Positions 8,532 through 18,504 of a stretch of DNA of 59,872 bases are shown in pieces. Source of the DNA: Gemmatimonadota bacterium. GTDB lineage: Bacteria; Gemmatimonadota; Gemmatimonadetes; JACCXV01; JAHWKZ01. The notes beneath the pieces were generated by a model that was given only the letters and a program-made list of their open reading frames with translations, did no database searches and had not been told where the DNA came from. The position numbers and the translations under genes were made by a program. The DNA is taken from positions 1-59,872 of the forward strand of contig DASRVA010000183.1 in the NCBI GenBank assembly GCA_035687745.1, in the 5' to 3' direction. The first letter of the stretch is position 1. Every line of letters begins with the position of its first letter.

Positions 8532-8558
8532 CGTTCCCACTATTTCGTGACGTTCCCA
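8532..8558 (-). repeat. Direct repeat TGGGAACG-N11-TGGGAACG, candidate upstream activator sequence
   Basis: cgttccca at 8532-8539 and 8551-8558, about 90-115 nt upstream of the -24 box. Confidence 0.5.
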
Positions 8559-8616
8559 ACATGATGGGAGACGGGCGGGCCCGGGAGCGGACCCGTCCGC
8601 CGCGAGGCGTGAAGGC

Positions 8617-11544
8617 TCAGACGATATGGGGGCGGGCGATCCCCAGCTTCTTCATCCGCGCCTCGAGCGTGGTGGGCTTCAGTCCCAGGAGAGCCGCCGC
8701 GCCCCGCGGGCCGCTGACCACCCACCCAGCGCGGCGGAGGGTCTCGAAGATGTGATCCCGCTCGACCTCGGCCAGCGTGCGATCTCCGTCGATGGGAGCG
8801 CGGATCGCGGTGACGTCGGCGGGCCGCGCGGCCCCGGTCACCCAGTCGCCGAGCTCCAGCCCGTCACCGGCTGAGGTGATGATCGAACGCTCGATCACGT
8901 TCCTCAGCTCGCGCACGTTGCCCGGCCAATCGTATGCCACGAGGGCGTTCATGGTTCTCTGGGGGATCCGCTTCAGCGCCTTCCCGAGCCGCGGTCCCTC
9001 CTTCAGCAGGAAGTAGCGCGCCAGGCTCGGAATGTCCTCGCGGCGCTCGCGAAGGGCCGGCACGTGCACGGGGAATACGTTCAGCCGGTAGAAGAGGTCG
9101 GAGCGGAAGCGGCTTTCACCGACCGCCTCGGCGAGGTCCCGGTTCGTGGCGGCGATGACGCGGACGTCGACCCGGATCGTGGCTGTCCCGCCGACGCGCT
9201 CGATCTCTCCCTCCTGCAGCACCCGCAGGAGCTTGACCTGGAGATCCAAGGGCAGGTCGCCGATCTCGTCCAGGAAGATCGAGCCGCCGTGGGCGAGCTC
9301 GAAGCGCCCCACCTTCCGCGCGGTGGCGCCGGTGAAGGCGCCCTTCTCATGGCCGAAAAGCTCCGACTCGACGAGCCCCGCCGAAATCGCCCCGCAGTTG
9401 ACCACGACGAGAGGCCGCTCCCGGCGAGGGCTCAGCGCGTGGATGGCGCGCGCGAGCAGCTCCTTCCCCGTCCCCGTCTCGCCGGTGATCAGCACCGTCG
9501 CGTCGGTCGGAGCGACCTGCTCGACCTGGGCCAGCAGGCGCCTGAGGCCCACGCTCTGGCCGATGATCTCCTCGAATCCGTGCTGGGTTCGGATCTCCTC
9601 CTGCAGGTAGACGTTCTCCGCTTCGAGGCGGTCGCGCAGTCGGCGCAGTTCCTCATGGGCGAGGCAATCGCCCAGCGCCACCGACACCGCGCCGACCACC
9701 TGCTCGAGGAACGTCCGGCGTACGTTCTCATACGCTCCCTTCTCGGCTGCCATGAAGAAAAGCGCGCCTCGGCTCCGATCGCCGCTGACCAAAGGCATAG
9801 CGCATAGAGACTCCATGCCCTCTTGCAGCATCACATCGAAAGTCACGGGAAAGGACTCGCGGAGCTCGTCCCGCGAACCGGTGATTACCCACTCGCGGCG
9901 CTGTATCACCCAGTCGCAGGCGGTGCCCGCCGCCGGCAACACGGTGGGCTGGGTCGGCTCCGCCTGAGCCGTCCGCGCGATCAGGATGTGTCCCTGCAGC
10001 TTGTCGCCCTCGATCGGCAACTCGATGCCGAAGCGATCCGTGGGCACTAGCGATCTCAAAGACCAGGCCAGCGCTCCGAACAACTCGTCGCGGTCCAGGT
10101 GCCGTCCGATGGCGCGGTTCATGGCGAGGAGGGAATCGAGCTCCCGATTCAAAGCACGGACTTCATCGTCGGCGCGCACTCGCTGGAGCTCGGCCGCTGC
10201 CCGGGCGGTGAACACCTTGAGGACGGCCAGGAGTCGGGGCATCTCCTCCATCGGCCGGTCGTTCATGACGACGAGATGTCCCATGACACGACCCTGGGCG
10301 TCCAGGAGGGGGAGCCCGAGGTAGCTCTCGGCCGACAGCTCGACCAGTGCCTGGTCCTCCGGGAACAGCGACCGCAGCTGACTGGGGTGATAGGCGATCT
10401 GTCCTCCTACGACCGTCTGGCAGGGGGTGCCTTCGAGGTCGTACTCGAAGTCTCTCCCCACCTCGTTCCCATTCCAGAAGGCGAGCGTCCGGGCACGGCT
10501 CCGGCCGGCATCGAGGCACTCGGCGACGAACGCGTAGCGGACGTCGAGGGCCATGGCGAGATGGCGCACTAGGGAGCGGAAGAAATCGTCCCCAGTCGCC
10601 GCCGCTGTCCCCTCGCTGATCGCCCGGAGCGTCCGCTCGCTGCGAACGCGCTCGGTGACGTCGCGGGAGATCGCCAGCAGTTGTTCCGGTCGTCCCTGCG
10701 CGTCGACGATGGCGTTCACGACCACGTCCCACCACATCGGCTTCTCGCCCATCGTCGGGCAGAATCCTACGAACCGGCCCACCCCTCCTCGTTTCGCTTC
10801 CTCCAACGCCCGGCTGGCCGCCTCGCGGTGCGGACCCTCCCAGAAGTCGAGCCAGAAGGTGTTGCGAAGGGGCTCGAAATCGCAGATCTCGAGGATCTCC
10901 ATGCCGCCCTGATTCATGGAGAGCAGGCGGCCGTCGGCGTCGAGGAGCTTGATGCAGTCGCGGCTCGACTCGATCATCCGGGTCTGGAGCTGCTGACTCG
11001 TTCGCTGCGCCTCCTCGACACCCTGCATGTCGTTGAGCGCCTGCTCGAGATCCTTCCGTGTGCGTCGCAGCTCGAGGAGGCTCACCACCTGACGGCTGAG
11101 TGCCCGGAGCACCTGTGCTTGGTGCGGGGAGAGATCGTGCGGCTCGTGATCGATCACGCACAGGGTTCCCAGGGCATGACCATCGGGTGTGACCAGAGGG
11201 GCGCCGGCGTAGAACCGGATGTGAGGATCACTCGTCACAAAAGGGTTGTCGGCGAAGCGAGCGTCCGCTGTGGCGTCCGGCACGACAAAAAGTTCGGAGC
11301 CCAGGATCGCGTGGGCGCAAAACGAGACGTCTCGGGGCGTCTCGGCGGATTCCAGCCCGATCCGCGCCTTGAACCACTGCCGATCGGCGTCGACCAGGGA
11401 CACCAGCCCGATCGGCGTCCCGCAAATGCGTGCGGCGAGCGCGACGAGGACATCGAAGTCGTCGTCCGACGACGTATCGAGGATATGGTATCGCCTGAGG
11501 GCTTCGAGTCGGGCGGATTCGCTGGCGGGAACGGGGGCCTTCAT
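8617..11544 (-). CDS. Sigma54-dependent enhancer-binding protein, GAF-PAS-GAF-GAF-AAA+-HTH (FhlA-like)
   Basis: [47 protein letters not shown] and C-terminal HTH. ATG 11544; the ORF track extends to 11571. Confidence 0.95.
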   Translation of the reverse strand: MKAPVPASESARLEALRRYHILDTSSDDDFDVLVALAARICGTPIGLVSLVDADRQWFKARIGLESAETPRDVSFCAHAILGSELFVVPDATADARFADNPFVTSDPHIRFYAGAPLVTPDGHALGTLCVIDHEPHDLSPHQAQVLRALSRQVVSLLELRRTRKDLEQALNDMQGVEEAQRTSQQLQTRMIESSRDCIKLLDADGRLLSMNQGGMEILEICDFEPLRNTFWLDFWEGPHREAASRALEEAKRGGVGRFVGFCPTMGEKPMWWDVVVNAIVDAQGRPEQLLAISRDVTERVRSERTLRAISEGTAAATGDDFFRSLVRHLAMALDVRYAFVAECLDAGRSRARTLAFWNGNEVGRDFEYDLEGTPCQTVVGGQIAYHPSQLRSLFPEDQALVELSAESYLGLPLLDAQGRVMGHLVVMNDRPMEEMPRLLAVLKVFTARAAAELQRVRADDEVRALNRELDSLLAMNRAIGRHLDRDELFGALAWSLRSLVPTDRFGIELPIEGDKLQGHILIARTAQAEPTQPTVLPAAGTACDWVIQRREWVITGSRDELRESFPVTFDVMLQEGMESLCAMPLVSGDRSRGALFFMAAEKGAYENVRRTFLEQVVGAVSVALGDCLAHEELRRLRDRLEAENVYLQEEIRTQHGFEEIIGQSVGLRRLLAQVEQVAPTDATVLITGETGTGKELLARAIHALSPRRERPLVVVNCGAISAGLVESELFGHEKGAFTGATARKVGRFELAHGGSIFLDEIGDLPLDLQVKLLRVLQEGEIERVGGTATIRVDVRVIAATNRDLAEAVGESRFRSDLFYRLNVFPVHVPALRERREDIPSLARYFLLKEGPRLGKALKRIPQRTMNALVAYDWPGNVRELRNVIERSIITSAGDGLELGDWVTGAARPADVTAIRAPIDGDRTLAEVERDHIFETLRRAGWVVSGPRGAAALLGLKPTTLEARMKKLGIARPHIV

Positions 11545-11609
11545 GCCTGCCTGTCCAAGGGCGTAGAGCATATACGATTCCCGAGGACGGCGTCAAATCA
11601 CTCCCCTTG

Positions 11610-11636
11610 GGAACCGGCCTCCCGCACACCCGCATT
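11610..11636 (+). promoter_or_regulatory. ECF-type promoter GGAACC-N17-CATT upstream of the spondin operon
   Basis: GGAACC ggcctcccgcacacccg CATT. Confidence 0.6.
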
Positions 11637-11696
11637 GATGAGGATGACCCCCGGCGAACGGCCGGGTCGACCGATGCTCTGGTCCCCACCTGGGAT

Positions 11697-11711
11697 CGGG
11701 ACGCGGTATGC
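11697..11711 (+). promoter_or_regulatory. Sigma54-like promoter for the spondin operon
   Basis: CGGGACGCGGTATGC: GG-N10-GC with ACG and TGC conserved, 36 nt upstream of ATG 11748. Confidence 0.5.
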
Positions 11712-11747
11712 CCTGCAGCGTCGACCCTCGCAGACGGAGAGAAAGCC

Positions 11748-12524
11748 ATGGATCGCCCTGTCAGCTCGCTCGTTCTCGTCGCTGTCGCCACCCTGTCTTG
11801 CGCCGGGGAACCGGCTCCCGAGGAAACGCCTCCCGCCGACACCATGGCCCAGGCTTCTCCCGCGGCTCCGCAAAGCTTCGCCGTGCACATCGAGAACGTG
11901 TCCACGCCGGCCACGCTCCAGCTCTCGGACGGCACCTCCGCACCGGCGCCGACCGCGCCCGTCCTGTGGGTCGTCCACACGAGCCCGGATCCGATCTTCA
12001 CGACCGGGCAGGCGGACCGCGGCGACGGGCTCGAGCAATTGGCCGAGGACGGCGACCCCTCCGTTCTCGCCGCGGCCCTCCAGGGGGCCGACGGCGTCGT
12101 CGCCGGCGGCTTCGTGAACGTCCCGATGGGGGACGCCGAGGCAGGTCCGATCACGCCCGGCAAGGCCTACCACGTGGATCTCATGGCCGCCCGGGGCCAG
12201 CGCCTGACGCTGGCCATGATGTTCGGGCAATCGAACGACCTGTTCTATGCCCCGGAGGGGGCCGGCCTCGATCTCTTCGACGCCGCCGGCCAGCCGTTCT
12301 CCGGTGAGGTCACGAGCCGGCTGGTCCTGTGGGACGCTGGCACGGAAAGCAACCAGGAACCGGGCGCGGGTCCCGACCAGGCGCCCCGCCAGAAGGCCCC
12401 CAACACGGGCGCCGCCGAAGGCGGAACCGTGCGCCTCGTGGACGACGACTTCACCTATCCTGCCGTGGAGCAGGTCGTCCGCGTGACGATCAGGCCGGCC
12501 GCCCTGGCATCCGGGACGCCGTGA
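11748..12524 (+). CDS. Spondin_N-domain lipoprotein
   Basis: Lipobox TLSC; VLWVVH...[29 protein letters not shown] spondin motifs. Confidence 0.85.
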   Translation: MDRPVSSLVLVAVATLSCAGEPAPEETPPADTMAQASPAAPQSFAVHIENVSTPATLQLSDGTSAPAPTAPVLWVVHTSPDPIFTTGQADRGDGLEQLAEDGDPSVLAAALQGADGVVAGGFVNVPMGDAEAGPITPGKAYHVDLMAARGQRLTLAMMFGQSNDLFYAPEGAGLDLFDAAGQPFSGEVTSRLVLWDAGTESNQEPGAGPDQAPRQKAPNTGAAEGGTVRLVDDDFTYPAVEQVVRVTIRPAALASGTP

Positions 12525-13630
12525 AGGCGATCGCCGTCCGTCCGGGGGAAGCGGGCAGCATCCACCTCGCCGAACTCCCCCCGCCCAGCGTCAGCGACGT
12601 TACGGGGGGCCGCGGTGTCCTCGCCCGGATTCTCCGGGTCGGGGTCGACGCGACCGACCGCGAGATCAACGCAGGCGAGTACGGTGCCGCGCCGGAGGGC
12701 TCCGACATCCTGGTCCTGGGGCACGAGAGCTTCGGCCGGGTCGAGGCGGTGGGCCCCGAAGTGACCGAGCTCGCCCCCGGCGACTACGTCGTGTTCATGG
12801 TGCGCCGGCCCGGAGGGTCCATCTACGACCGGATCGGCCAGCAGGATTTCACCACCGACGACACGTACTTCGAACGCGGAATCAGCCGCCGCCACGGCTA
12901 CCTGACCGAGATGGTGGTCGACGACGCGGACTACGCGATCCGTGTTCCGCAGGGCCTCAAGGAGGTGGGGGTCCTGCTCGAGCCCACGTCGGTGGCCGAG
13001 AAGGCGATCCGGCAGGCGTACTCGATCCAGCGCCGGCTCGGCGTGTGGCGGCCGCGGCGGGCGATCGTGCTCGGCGCAGGGCCCCTGGGCCTGATCGCCA
13101 CGATGGCGCTCAGGGTCCGCGGCCTCGACGTGATCACCTACGCCCTGGCGAAGAAGCCGAACCGGAACGCCGACCTCGCCGAGGCGGTGGGTGCCCGATA
13201 CGTGAGCGCCGACACGCCGCTCAAGCAGGTCGTCCAGGACCACGGCAGCATCGATCTCATGATCGAGGCGACCGGATTCAGCCCGCTCGTCTTCGAGGCC
13301 ATGGAGCGTCTGGGGAGGAACGGGGTCCTGGTCCTCACGGGGATCGCCGGCGGCGACCGCAAGGCCGACATGGTTCACGCCGACCACATCCTGCAGAGCT
13401 TCGTCCTGGGGAACAAGGTGGTGGTGGGGAGCGTCAACGCCGCGCGCGTCGACTTCGAGCGCGGGGTATCCGACCTGGCGATGGCGGAGTCGTTCTGGCC
13501 GGGCTGGTTGTCGCGTCTCCTCACCCACCGCGTCGACGGCCTCGAGGGATACGGTGAGATGATCCGGCTCCTCACCGAGGCGAAGGACGCCATCAAGGTC
13601 TACGTTGAGGTTCGCAACGGTCGCGCATGA
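12521..13630 (+). CDS. Glucose 1-dehydrogenase, archaeal-type Zn-dependent MDR
   Basis: GTG 12521 overlaps the upstream stop. [25 protein letters not shown]...[26 protein letters not shown]. Confidence 0.85.
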   Translation: MKAIAVRPGEAGSIHLAELPPPSVSDVTGGRGVLARILRVGVDATDREINAGEYGAAPEGSDILVLGHESFGRVEAVGPEVTELAPGDYVVFMVRRPGGSIYDRIGQQDFTTDDTYFERGISRRHGYLTEMVVDDADYAIRVPQGLKEVGVLLEPTSVAEKAIRQAYSIQRRLGVWRPRRAIVLGAGPLGLIATMALRVRGLDVITYALAKKPNRNADLAEAVGARYVSADTPLKQVVQDHGSIDLMIEATGFSPLVFEAMERLGRNGVLVLTGIAGGDRKADMVHADHILQSFVLGNKVVVGSVNAARVDFERGVSDLAMAESFWPGWLSRLLTHRVDGLEGYGEMIRLLTEAKDAIKVYVEVRNGRA

Positions 13631-14469
13631 TGGAACGCCGACTCGGCGATCACTGGCCGGAGTATCTGATCGAAGGGCTGGGCCTGGCCGCCTTCATGGT
13701 CTCGGCCGGCGTGTTCGGGACGCTCCTCGAGTATCCCGGCTCGCCGGCGCGGCAGGCCCTCCCCGATCCCTTCGTCCGCCGTGCGCTGATGGGGCTGGCC
13801 ATGGGGTCGACCGCCGTGGCGATCATCTACTCCCGGTGGGGGAAACGGTCGGGCGCCCACATCAATCCGGCCGTCACGCTGACCTTTGCGCGTCTGGGGA
13901 AGATCGACCCGCGGGATGCGGTGGCCTACATGGCGGCGCAGTTCGCGGGGGGCGCAGCGGGCGTGCTGGTGGTCACGGCGCTCATGGGGGCCGCCTTCGC
14001 GGAGCCGCCGGTTCGCTACGTCGCTACCCTCCCGGGACAGGCGGGACCGGAGGCAGCCTTCCTGGCCGAGGCCGCAATCTCGTTTCTGCTCATGCTGGTC
14101 ATTCTGTCGGCCACGAACGCCCGGCGGCTGGCCCGGTTCACGGGCCTCTTCGCCGGCGTCCTCGTTGCGACCTACATCGCCATCGAGGCGCCGGTCAGCG
14201 GGATGAGCATGAACCCCGCGCGCAGCTTCGCCTCGGCGCTGCCGGGCGGGCTCTGGATGGCCCTCTGGGTCTACTTCACCGCGCCGCCAATCGGGATGCT
14301 CCTCGCCGCCGAGATCTACCTGCGGGCGCGGGGTCGGGATAGGGTACGATGCGCCAAGCTCCACCACGACAATGACCAACGTTGCATCTTTCGGTGCGCC
14401 TACGGGACGATGCCTTCGCCCTTGGGGGATGCGGCGGTGACGGGCGCGTCGTTGAAGGGCGCGCCATGA
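13627..14469 (+). CDS. Aquaporin/MIP family channel
   Basis: [10 protein letters not shown] and SMNPARS (two NPA boxes), 6 TM helices, Cys/His-rich C-terminal tail. Confidence 0.93.
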   Translation: MMERRLGDHWPEYLIEGLGLAAFMVSAGVFGTLLEYPGSPARQALPDPFVRRALMGLAMGSTAVAIIYSRWGKRSGAHINPAVTLTFARLGKIDPRDAVAYMAAQFAGGAAGVLVVTALMGAAFAEPPVRYVATLPGQAGPEAAFLAEAAISFLLMLVILSATNARRLARFTGLFAGVLVATYIAIEAPVSGMSMNPARSFASALPGGLWMALWVYFTAPPIGMLLAAEIYLRARGRDRVRCAKLHHDNDQRCIFRCAYGTMPSPLGDAAVTGASLKGAP

Positions 14470-15524
14470 GGATGCGTCGGGTCGGCCCGCGGCGTCTCTG
14501 TCGCGTCATCTACCTGGCGGGCGCGCTCGCCCCCAGCCTGCTTCCCGGTCAGACGCCGGGCGGCGACGGCGGCCTGACAGCGGTCGAGCGCGTCGCCACG
14601 GTCGGGTTCACGGTCTCCGACATGGATCGCTCGGTGGCGTTCTTCTCGGATGTGCTCACCTTCGAGACGGTCACCGACGTCGAGCTCGCGGGGGCCGAGT
14701 ATGAATCCCTTCATGGTGTCTTCCCCGTCCGGATGCGGAAGGTCCGGATGCGGCTCGGGGCGGAGGAGATCGAGCTCACCGAGTACCTAGCTCCGCGCGG
14801 GCGTCCGATCCCGATCGAGTTCCGCAGTCAGGACCGATGGTTCCAGCACATCGCGATCGTCGTCCGCGACATGGATGAGGCCTACCGGAGGCTCCGCGAG
14901 CACAAGGTCGAGCACGTATCCTCCGGGCCCCAACGACTTCCCGACTGGAATCCGAACGCGGGCGGGATCGAGGCCTTCTATTTCCGCGATCCCGACGGTC
15001 ACGTGCTGGAGATCATCTCGTTTCCCGAAGGCAAGGGAGATCCGCGCTGGCGGCAGTCGACGGGTCGCCTCTTTCTCGGGATCGACCACACCGCGATCGT
15101 CGTCGACGACACGGAGAGGAGCCTTCCCTTCTACCGGGACCATCTGGGCTTTCGCGTTGCCGGGGAGAGCGAGAACTACGGCCCCGAGCAGGAGCGGCTG
15201 AACGCCGTGCGCGGGGCCCGGCTCCGGATCACCGGCCTCCGCGCTCCGAGCGGCCCCGGGATCGAGTTCCTGGACTATCTGACGCCCGCCGACGGCCGGC
15301 CGATGCCGGAGGACGAGCGCGCCAGCGACCTCTTCCACTGGGAGACGACCCTCGATGCCTGCGACCCTGGGGCGGTCGCGAGCGGCCTGCGCTCGGCCGG
15401 CGCGGAGTTCGTCTCGGCCGGGCTCGTGACCCTGCCCGGCGACGAGCTGGGGTTTCGGGAGGCGTTCCTGGTCCGTGATCCGGATGGGCATGTCATGCGG
15501 ATCGCCGGCGCGGGATGCGAGTAG
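14466..15524 (+). CDS. Double VOC/glyoxalase domain protein, possibly exported
   Basis: ATG 14466 overlaps the aquaporin stop. VSDMDRSVAFF, FQHIAIVV, FRDPDGHVLE, IDHTAIVV, RDPDGH. Confidence 0.87.
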   Translation: MRMRRVGPRRLCRVIYLAGALAPSLLPGQTPGGDGGLTAVERVATVGFTVSDMDRSVAFFSDVLTFETVTDVELAGAEYESLHGVFPVRMRKVRMRLGAEEIELTEYLAPRGRPIPIEFRSQDRWFQHIAIVVRDMDEAYRRLREHKVEHVSSGPQRLPDWNPNAGGIEAFYFRDPDGHVLEIISFPEGKGDPRWRQSTGRLFLGIDHTAIVVDDTERSLPFYRDHLGFRVAGESENYGPEQERLNAVRGARLRITGLRAPSGPGIEFLDYLTPADGRPMPEDERASDLFHWETTLDACDPGAVASGLRSAGAEFVSAGLVTLPGDELGFREAFLVRDPDGHVMRIAGAGCE

Positions 15525-15624
15525 CGGCCGGGCGGGCACGACGGTAAGGTCGGCTCGGGCGCTGGTTCCTCGAGGGCCCGGGGTCGCGTCACGATACCTC
15601 ATCCAGAATCCCCGCGGAGGCAGC

Positions 15625-17028
15625 ATGGATTACGACGTCATCATCATCGGGGCCGGCCAGGCCGGCTCGCCCCTCGCCCGTCGGCTGGCCGCCGACGGCA
15701 AGCAGACCCTCCTCGTCGAGCGGGCGCACGTCGGCGGCACCTGCGTCAACCACGGCTGCACGCCGACCAAGACGATGGTGGCGAGCGCCCGCGCGGCCCA
15801 CGTGGCGCGGCGAGCGGCGCGTCTCGGAGTACGCGTCCAGGGCGTGCGCGTCGATCTCGGCGCCGTGGTCGACCGCAAGGACGAGATCGTCCGCTCGTTC
15901 CGTAACGGGCTGCGTGGGAAGCTTGAAAAGACCGAGAGCCTGACGCTCGTGGCAGGCCAGGCGCGGTTCCTCGGCCCGCGGGAGATCCAGATCGACGGCG
16001 ATCGGCACCACGGCGACGTCGTGGTCGTGAACGCGGGCGCCCGCCCGTCGATCCCGCCGATCCCGGGGCTCGAGACCGTGGACTGGCTCGACAGCACCTC
16101 GATCATGGAGCTCAGGGAGCTGCCAGGCCATCTCGTCGTCCTCGGCGGCGGCTACATCGGCTGCGAGTTCGGCCAGATGTTCCGCCGCTTCGGGAGCGAG
16201 GTCACGATCGTAAACCGTGGCCCGCACCTCCTCGACCGCGAGGATGAGGACGTCTCGGAAGCGATCGAAGGGGTCTTCCGGGACGAGGGGATCGCGCTCC
16301 GGCTGGACGCCGCGGCCAAGGGTGTGTCGCGGCGTGAGGGAGCGCGGAAGGCCGTCGGGGCGGCCATGGCGAAGGGTGGGGTCGCGGTCGATCTCGAGGA
16401 CGGCCCGCCGATCGAGGGCACCCATCTCCTCGTGGCCGTGGGCCGGGTCCCCAACACCGAGGCGCTCGGCTGCGACGCCGCCGGAATTGAGCTCGACGAG
16501 CGCGGCTTCATCAAGGTCGACGACCGGTATCGGACCAGCGCCGACGGCGTCTACGCGGCCGGCGACGTCACCGGCGGGCCCCAGTTCACCCACACGTCGT
16601 GGGACGACCACCGGATCCTGTACGACATCCTGCAGGGGAAGAGCGGGCGCGGACGGAGAGGGCGGCTCGTTCCCTACAGCGTGTTCACCGATCCGCAGGT
16701 GGCGCGGGTGGGGCTCTCCGAGCGCGAGGCGAAGGAGAAGGGAATCGCTTACGAGGTGGCGACGATCCCGTTCGGGTCGATCGCCCGCGCGATCGAGCTC
16801 GACGAGAAGTCGGGCACGATGAAGGTCCTGCTCGACCCCGCGACCGAGCGGGTCCTGGGCGCCGCCATCGTGGGCGTCGAGGCGGGCGAGCTGATCCACA
16901 TCTTCGTGACCCTCATGCAGGCCGGCGCTTCGGCGCGGGCGATCGTGGATGCCGAGGCGATCCACCCCACCCTGGCCGAGGGGGTGCAGTCGCTGGTCAT
17001 GACGCTCCCGCGCTACGCGCTGGGGTGA
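15625..17028 (+). CDS. Class I pyridine nucleotide-disulfide oxidoreductase (mercuric reductase/RclA-like)
   Basis: IIGAGQAG, GGTCVNHGCTPTK redox disulfide, GGGYIGCE, YAAGDV, C-terminal HPTLAE; no MerA-type C-terminal Cys pair. Confidence 0.9.
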   Translation: MDYDVIIIGAGQAGSPLARRLAADGKQTLLVERAHVGGTCVNHGCTPTKTMVASARAAHVARRAARLGVRVQGVRVDLGAVVDRKDEIVRSFRNGLRGKLEKTESLTLVAGQARFLGPREIQIDGDRHHGDVVVVNAGARPSIPPIPGLETVDWLDSTSIMELRELPGHLVVLGGGYIGCEFGQMFRRFGSEVTIVNRGPHLLDREDEDVSEAIEGVFRDEGIALRLDAAAKGVSRREGARKAVGAAMAKGGVAVDLEDGPPIEGTHLLVAVGRVPNTEALGCDAAGIELDERGFIKVDDRYRTSADGVYAAGDVTGGPQFTHTSWDDHRILYDILQGKSGRGRRGRLVPYSVFTDPQVARVGLSEREAKEKGIAYEVATIPFGSIARAIELDEKSGTMKVLLDPATERVLGAAIVGVEAGELIHIFVTLMQAGASARAIVDAEAIHPTLAEGVQSLVMTLPRYALG

Positions 17029-17105
17029 ATCGGCGCGGGCGCGTGGCCCAGGCCAACCCGACGCGACAGGACGCGGGCGAACCTACCGTCGCGGCTCCGG
17101 ACCTA

Positions 17106-17798
17106 ATGGCAGTAGCCGATCCGGACCTTCGGGCCGCACTCGACGGGATCCTCGAGGCGCGCCGCTCGACCGCCGCGAGCCGGAGCGTCCTCGTCGCGGT
17201 CACCGGTATCGACGGCTGTGGCAAGGGGTGGATCACGGCCCGGCTGGTGCAGGCGCTCTCGGAGCGTGGGGTCCGCGCCGCTGGGATCAACATCGATGGG
17301 TGGCTCAATCTGCCTCAGGTCCGCTTCGCGTCGGAGAACCCCGCGGAGAACTTCTACCTCAACGCGATCCGCTTCGACGAGATGTTCGCACGGCTCGTCC
17401 TGCCGCTGCGGGACCGGCGCTCGATCCGGGTGGAAGCCGACTACGCAGAGGAGACCGCGACCGAGTACCGGAAGCACGTCTACGAGTTCGAGGACGTCGA
17501 CGTCATCCTGCTGGAGGGGATCTACCTGCTGAAGGAGAAGCTCCGGAGCCACTACGACCTGTCGCTCTGGATCGATTGCAGCTTCGAGACCGCGCTCGAG
17601 CGCGCGATCGCACGCCGTCAGGAAGGGTTGCCGATCGGGAAGACGATCCGCGCGTACCGGACCATCTACTTCTCCGCCCAGGAGATCCATTTCGCGCGGG
17701 ACGACCCACGAGCGGCCTCGACGGGGGTCGTGGTTAACGATCCGCGTCTTGCTCCAGGCCGGACGGACGCGCTTCGACCGCGCCGGGCCGGACGCTAA
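17106..17798 (+). CDS. Uridine kinase-like P-loop kinase
   Basis: VAVTGIDGCGKG Walker A, IDGW, ILLEGIYL. Alternative GTG start at 17025 overlaps the upstream stop. Confidence 0.75.
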   Translation: MAVADPDLRAALDGILEARRSTAASRSVLVAVTGIDGCGKGWITARLVQALSERGVRAAGINIDGWLNLPQVRFASENPAENFYLNAIRFDEMFARLVLPLRDRRSIRVEADYAEETATEYRKHVYEFEDVDVILLEGIYLLKEKLRSHYDLSLWIDCSFETALERAIARRQEGLPIGKTIRAYRTIYFSAQEIHFARDDPRAASTGVVVNDPRLAPGRTDALRPRRAGR

Positions 17799-17805
17799 CG
17801 CCAGC

Positions 17806-18207
17806 TCAGCCGATCGGACCGGCCCAGCGGATGGGGACGTCGTACGCGGCAATCCTGCGATCGATGGTCAGGATCGTGAGTCCCTCCAACTGCGCCTGGG
17901 CGATGAGGAGCCGGTCGAAGGGGTCCCGGTGATGCAAGGGAAGCTCGGCGACGGCAAGCGCATGCGCGTGCTCGATCGCCAGCGGGGCCACCCCCGTCCT
18001 GGCAATCTGGTCGGGGACGTACTCCTGAGGTGGAGCCGGCAATGGGAGCTTACCGAGCGTGTACTTGATCGCGATCTCGAACGAGCTTGCGGCAGAGAGG
18101 AGGAGCTCGTTGCTCCCGTCCTGCAGGAGCGCGACCGACTCCGGTGAGAAGCGTTTGGGCTCCGCTACCATCCAGAGCCAGACATGCGTGTCGAGGAGGA
18201 CTCTCAC
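17806..18207 (-). CDS. vapC: VapC (PIN domain) toxin
   Basis: VLLDTHVWLW, SAASSFEIAIK, HRDPFDRLLIAQA, ILTID. Confidence 0.93.
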   Translation of the reverse strand: MRVLLDTHVWLWMVAEPKRFSPESVALLQDGSNELLLSAASSFEIAIKYTLGKLPLPAPPQEYVPDQIARTGVAPLAIEHAHALAVAELPLHHRDPFDRLLIAQAQLEGLTILTIDRRIAAYDVPIRWAGPIG

Positions 18208-18434
18208 TCCTCGAAGGAGGCGAGCACGTCCTCCGGCAGGGGCTCGTCGAAGTCATCGGGCACCTGGAAGGCGCCCTGATCCGTTCCGAGCCGGTACTTC
18301 CGGCCGCTGTCGATGGGCACGAGACGGGCGATTGGCTGGCCGGACCGCGCGATCACGATCTCCTCGCCCGCGGCGACCCGACGGAGGAGCCGTGACAGGT
18401 GGGTCTTGGCCTGGTGGATGTTCACGGTGGTCAC
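18204..18434 (-). CDS. Phd/YefM family antitoxin
   Basis: VNIHQAKTHLSRLLRRVAAGEEIVIARSGQPIARLVP; GTGA overlap with the toxin start. Confidence 0.93.
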   Translation of the reverse strand: MTTVNIHQAKTHLSRLLRRVAAGEEIVIARSGQPIARLVPIDSGRKYRLGTDQGAFQVPDDFDEPLPEDVLASFEE

Positions 18435-18441
18435 GAAATCA

Positions 18442-18470
18442 AGATTAGACTAAGTCCTGAACTAAGTCAA
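18442..18470 (-). promoter_or_regulatory. Toxin-antitoxin promoter TTGACT-N17-TAATCT with tandem GACTTAGT operators
   Basis: Two GACTTAGT(C/T) near-palindromes cover the spacer and the -35; the -10 ends 7 nt before the GTG. Confidence 0.75.
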
Positions 18471-18504
18471 GTGCGCCTAGGATGGGCTGACGGCACCGTT
18501 GGGG

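Noticed and set aside
15625-17028. Mercury resistance (merA)
   Set aside because: No N-terminal NmerA domain, no C-terminal Cys pair and no merR/T/P genes nearby.
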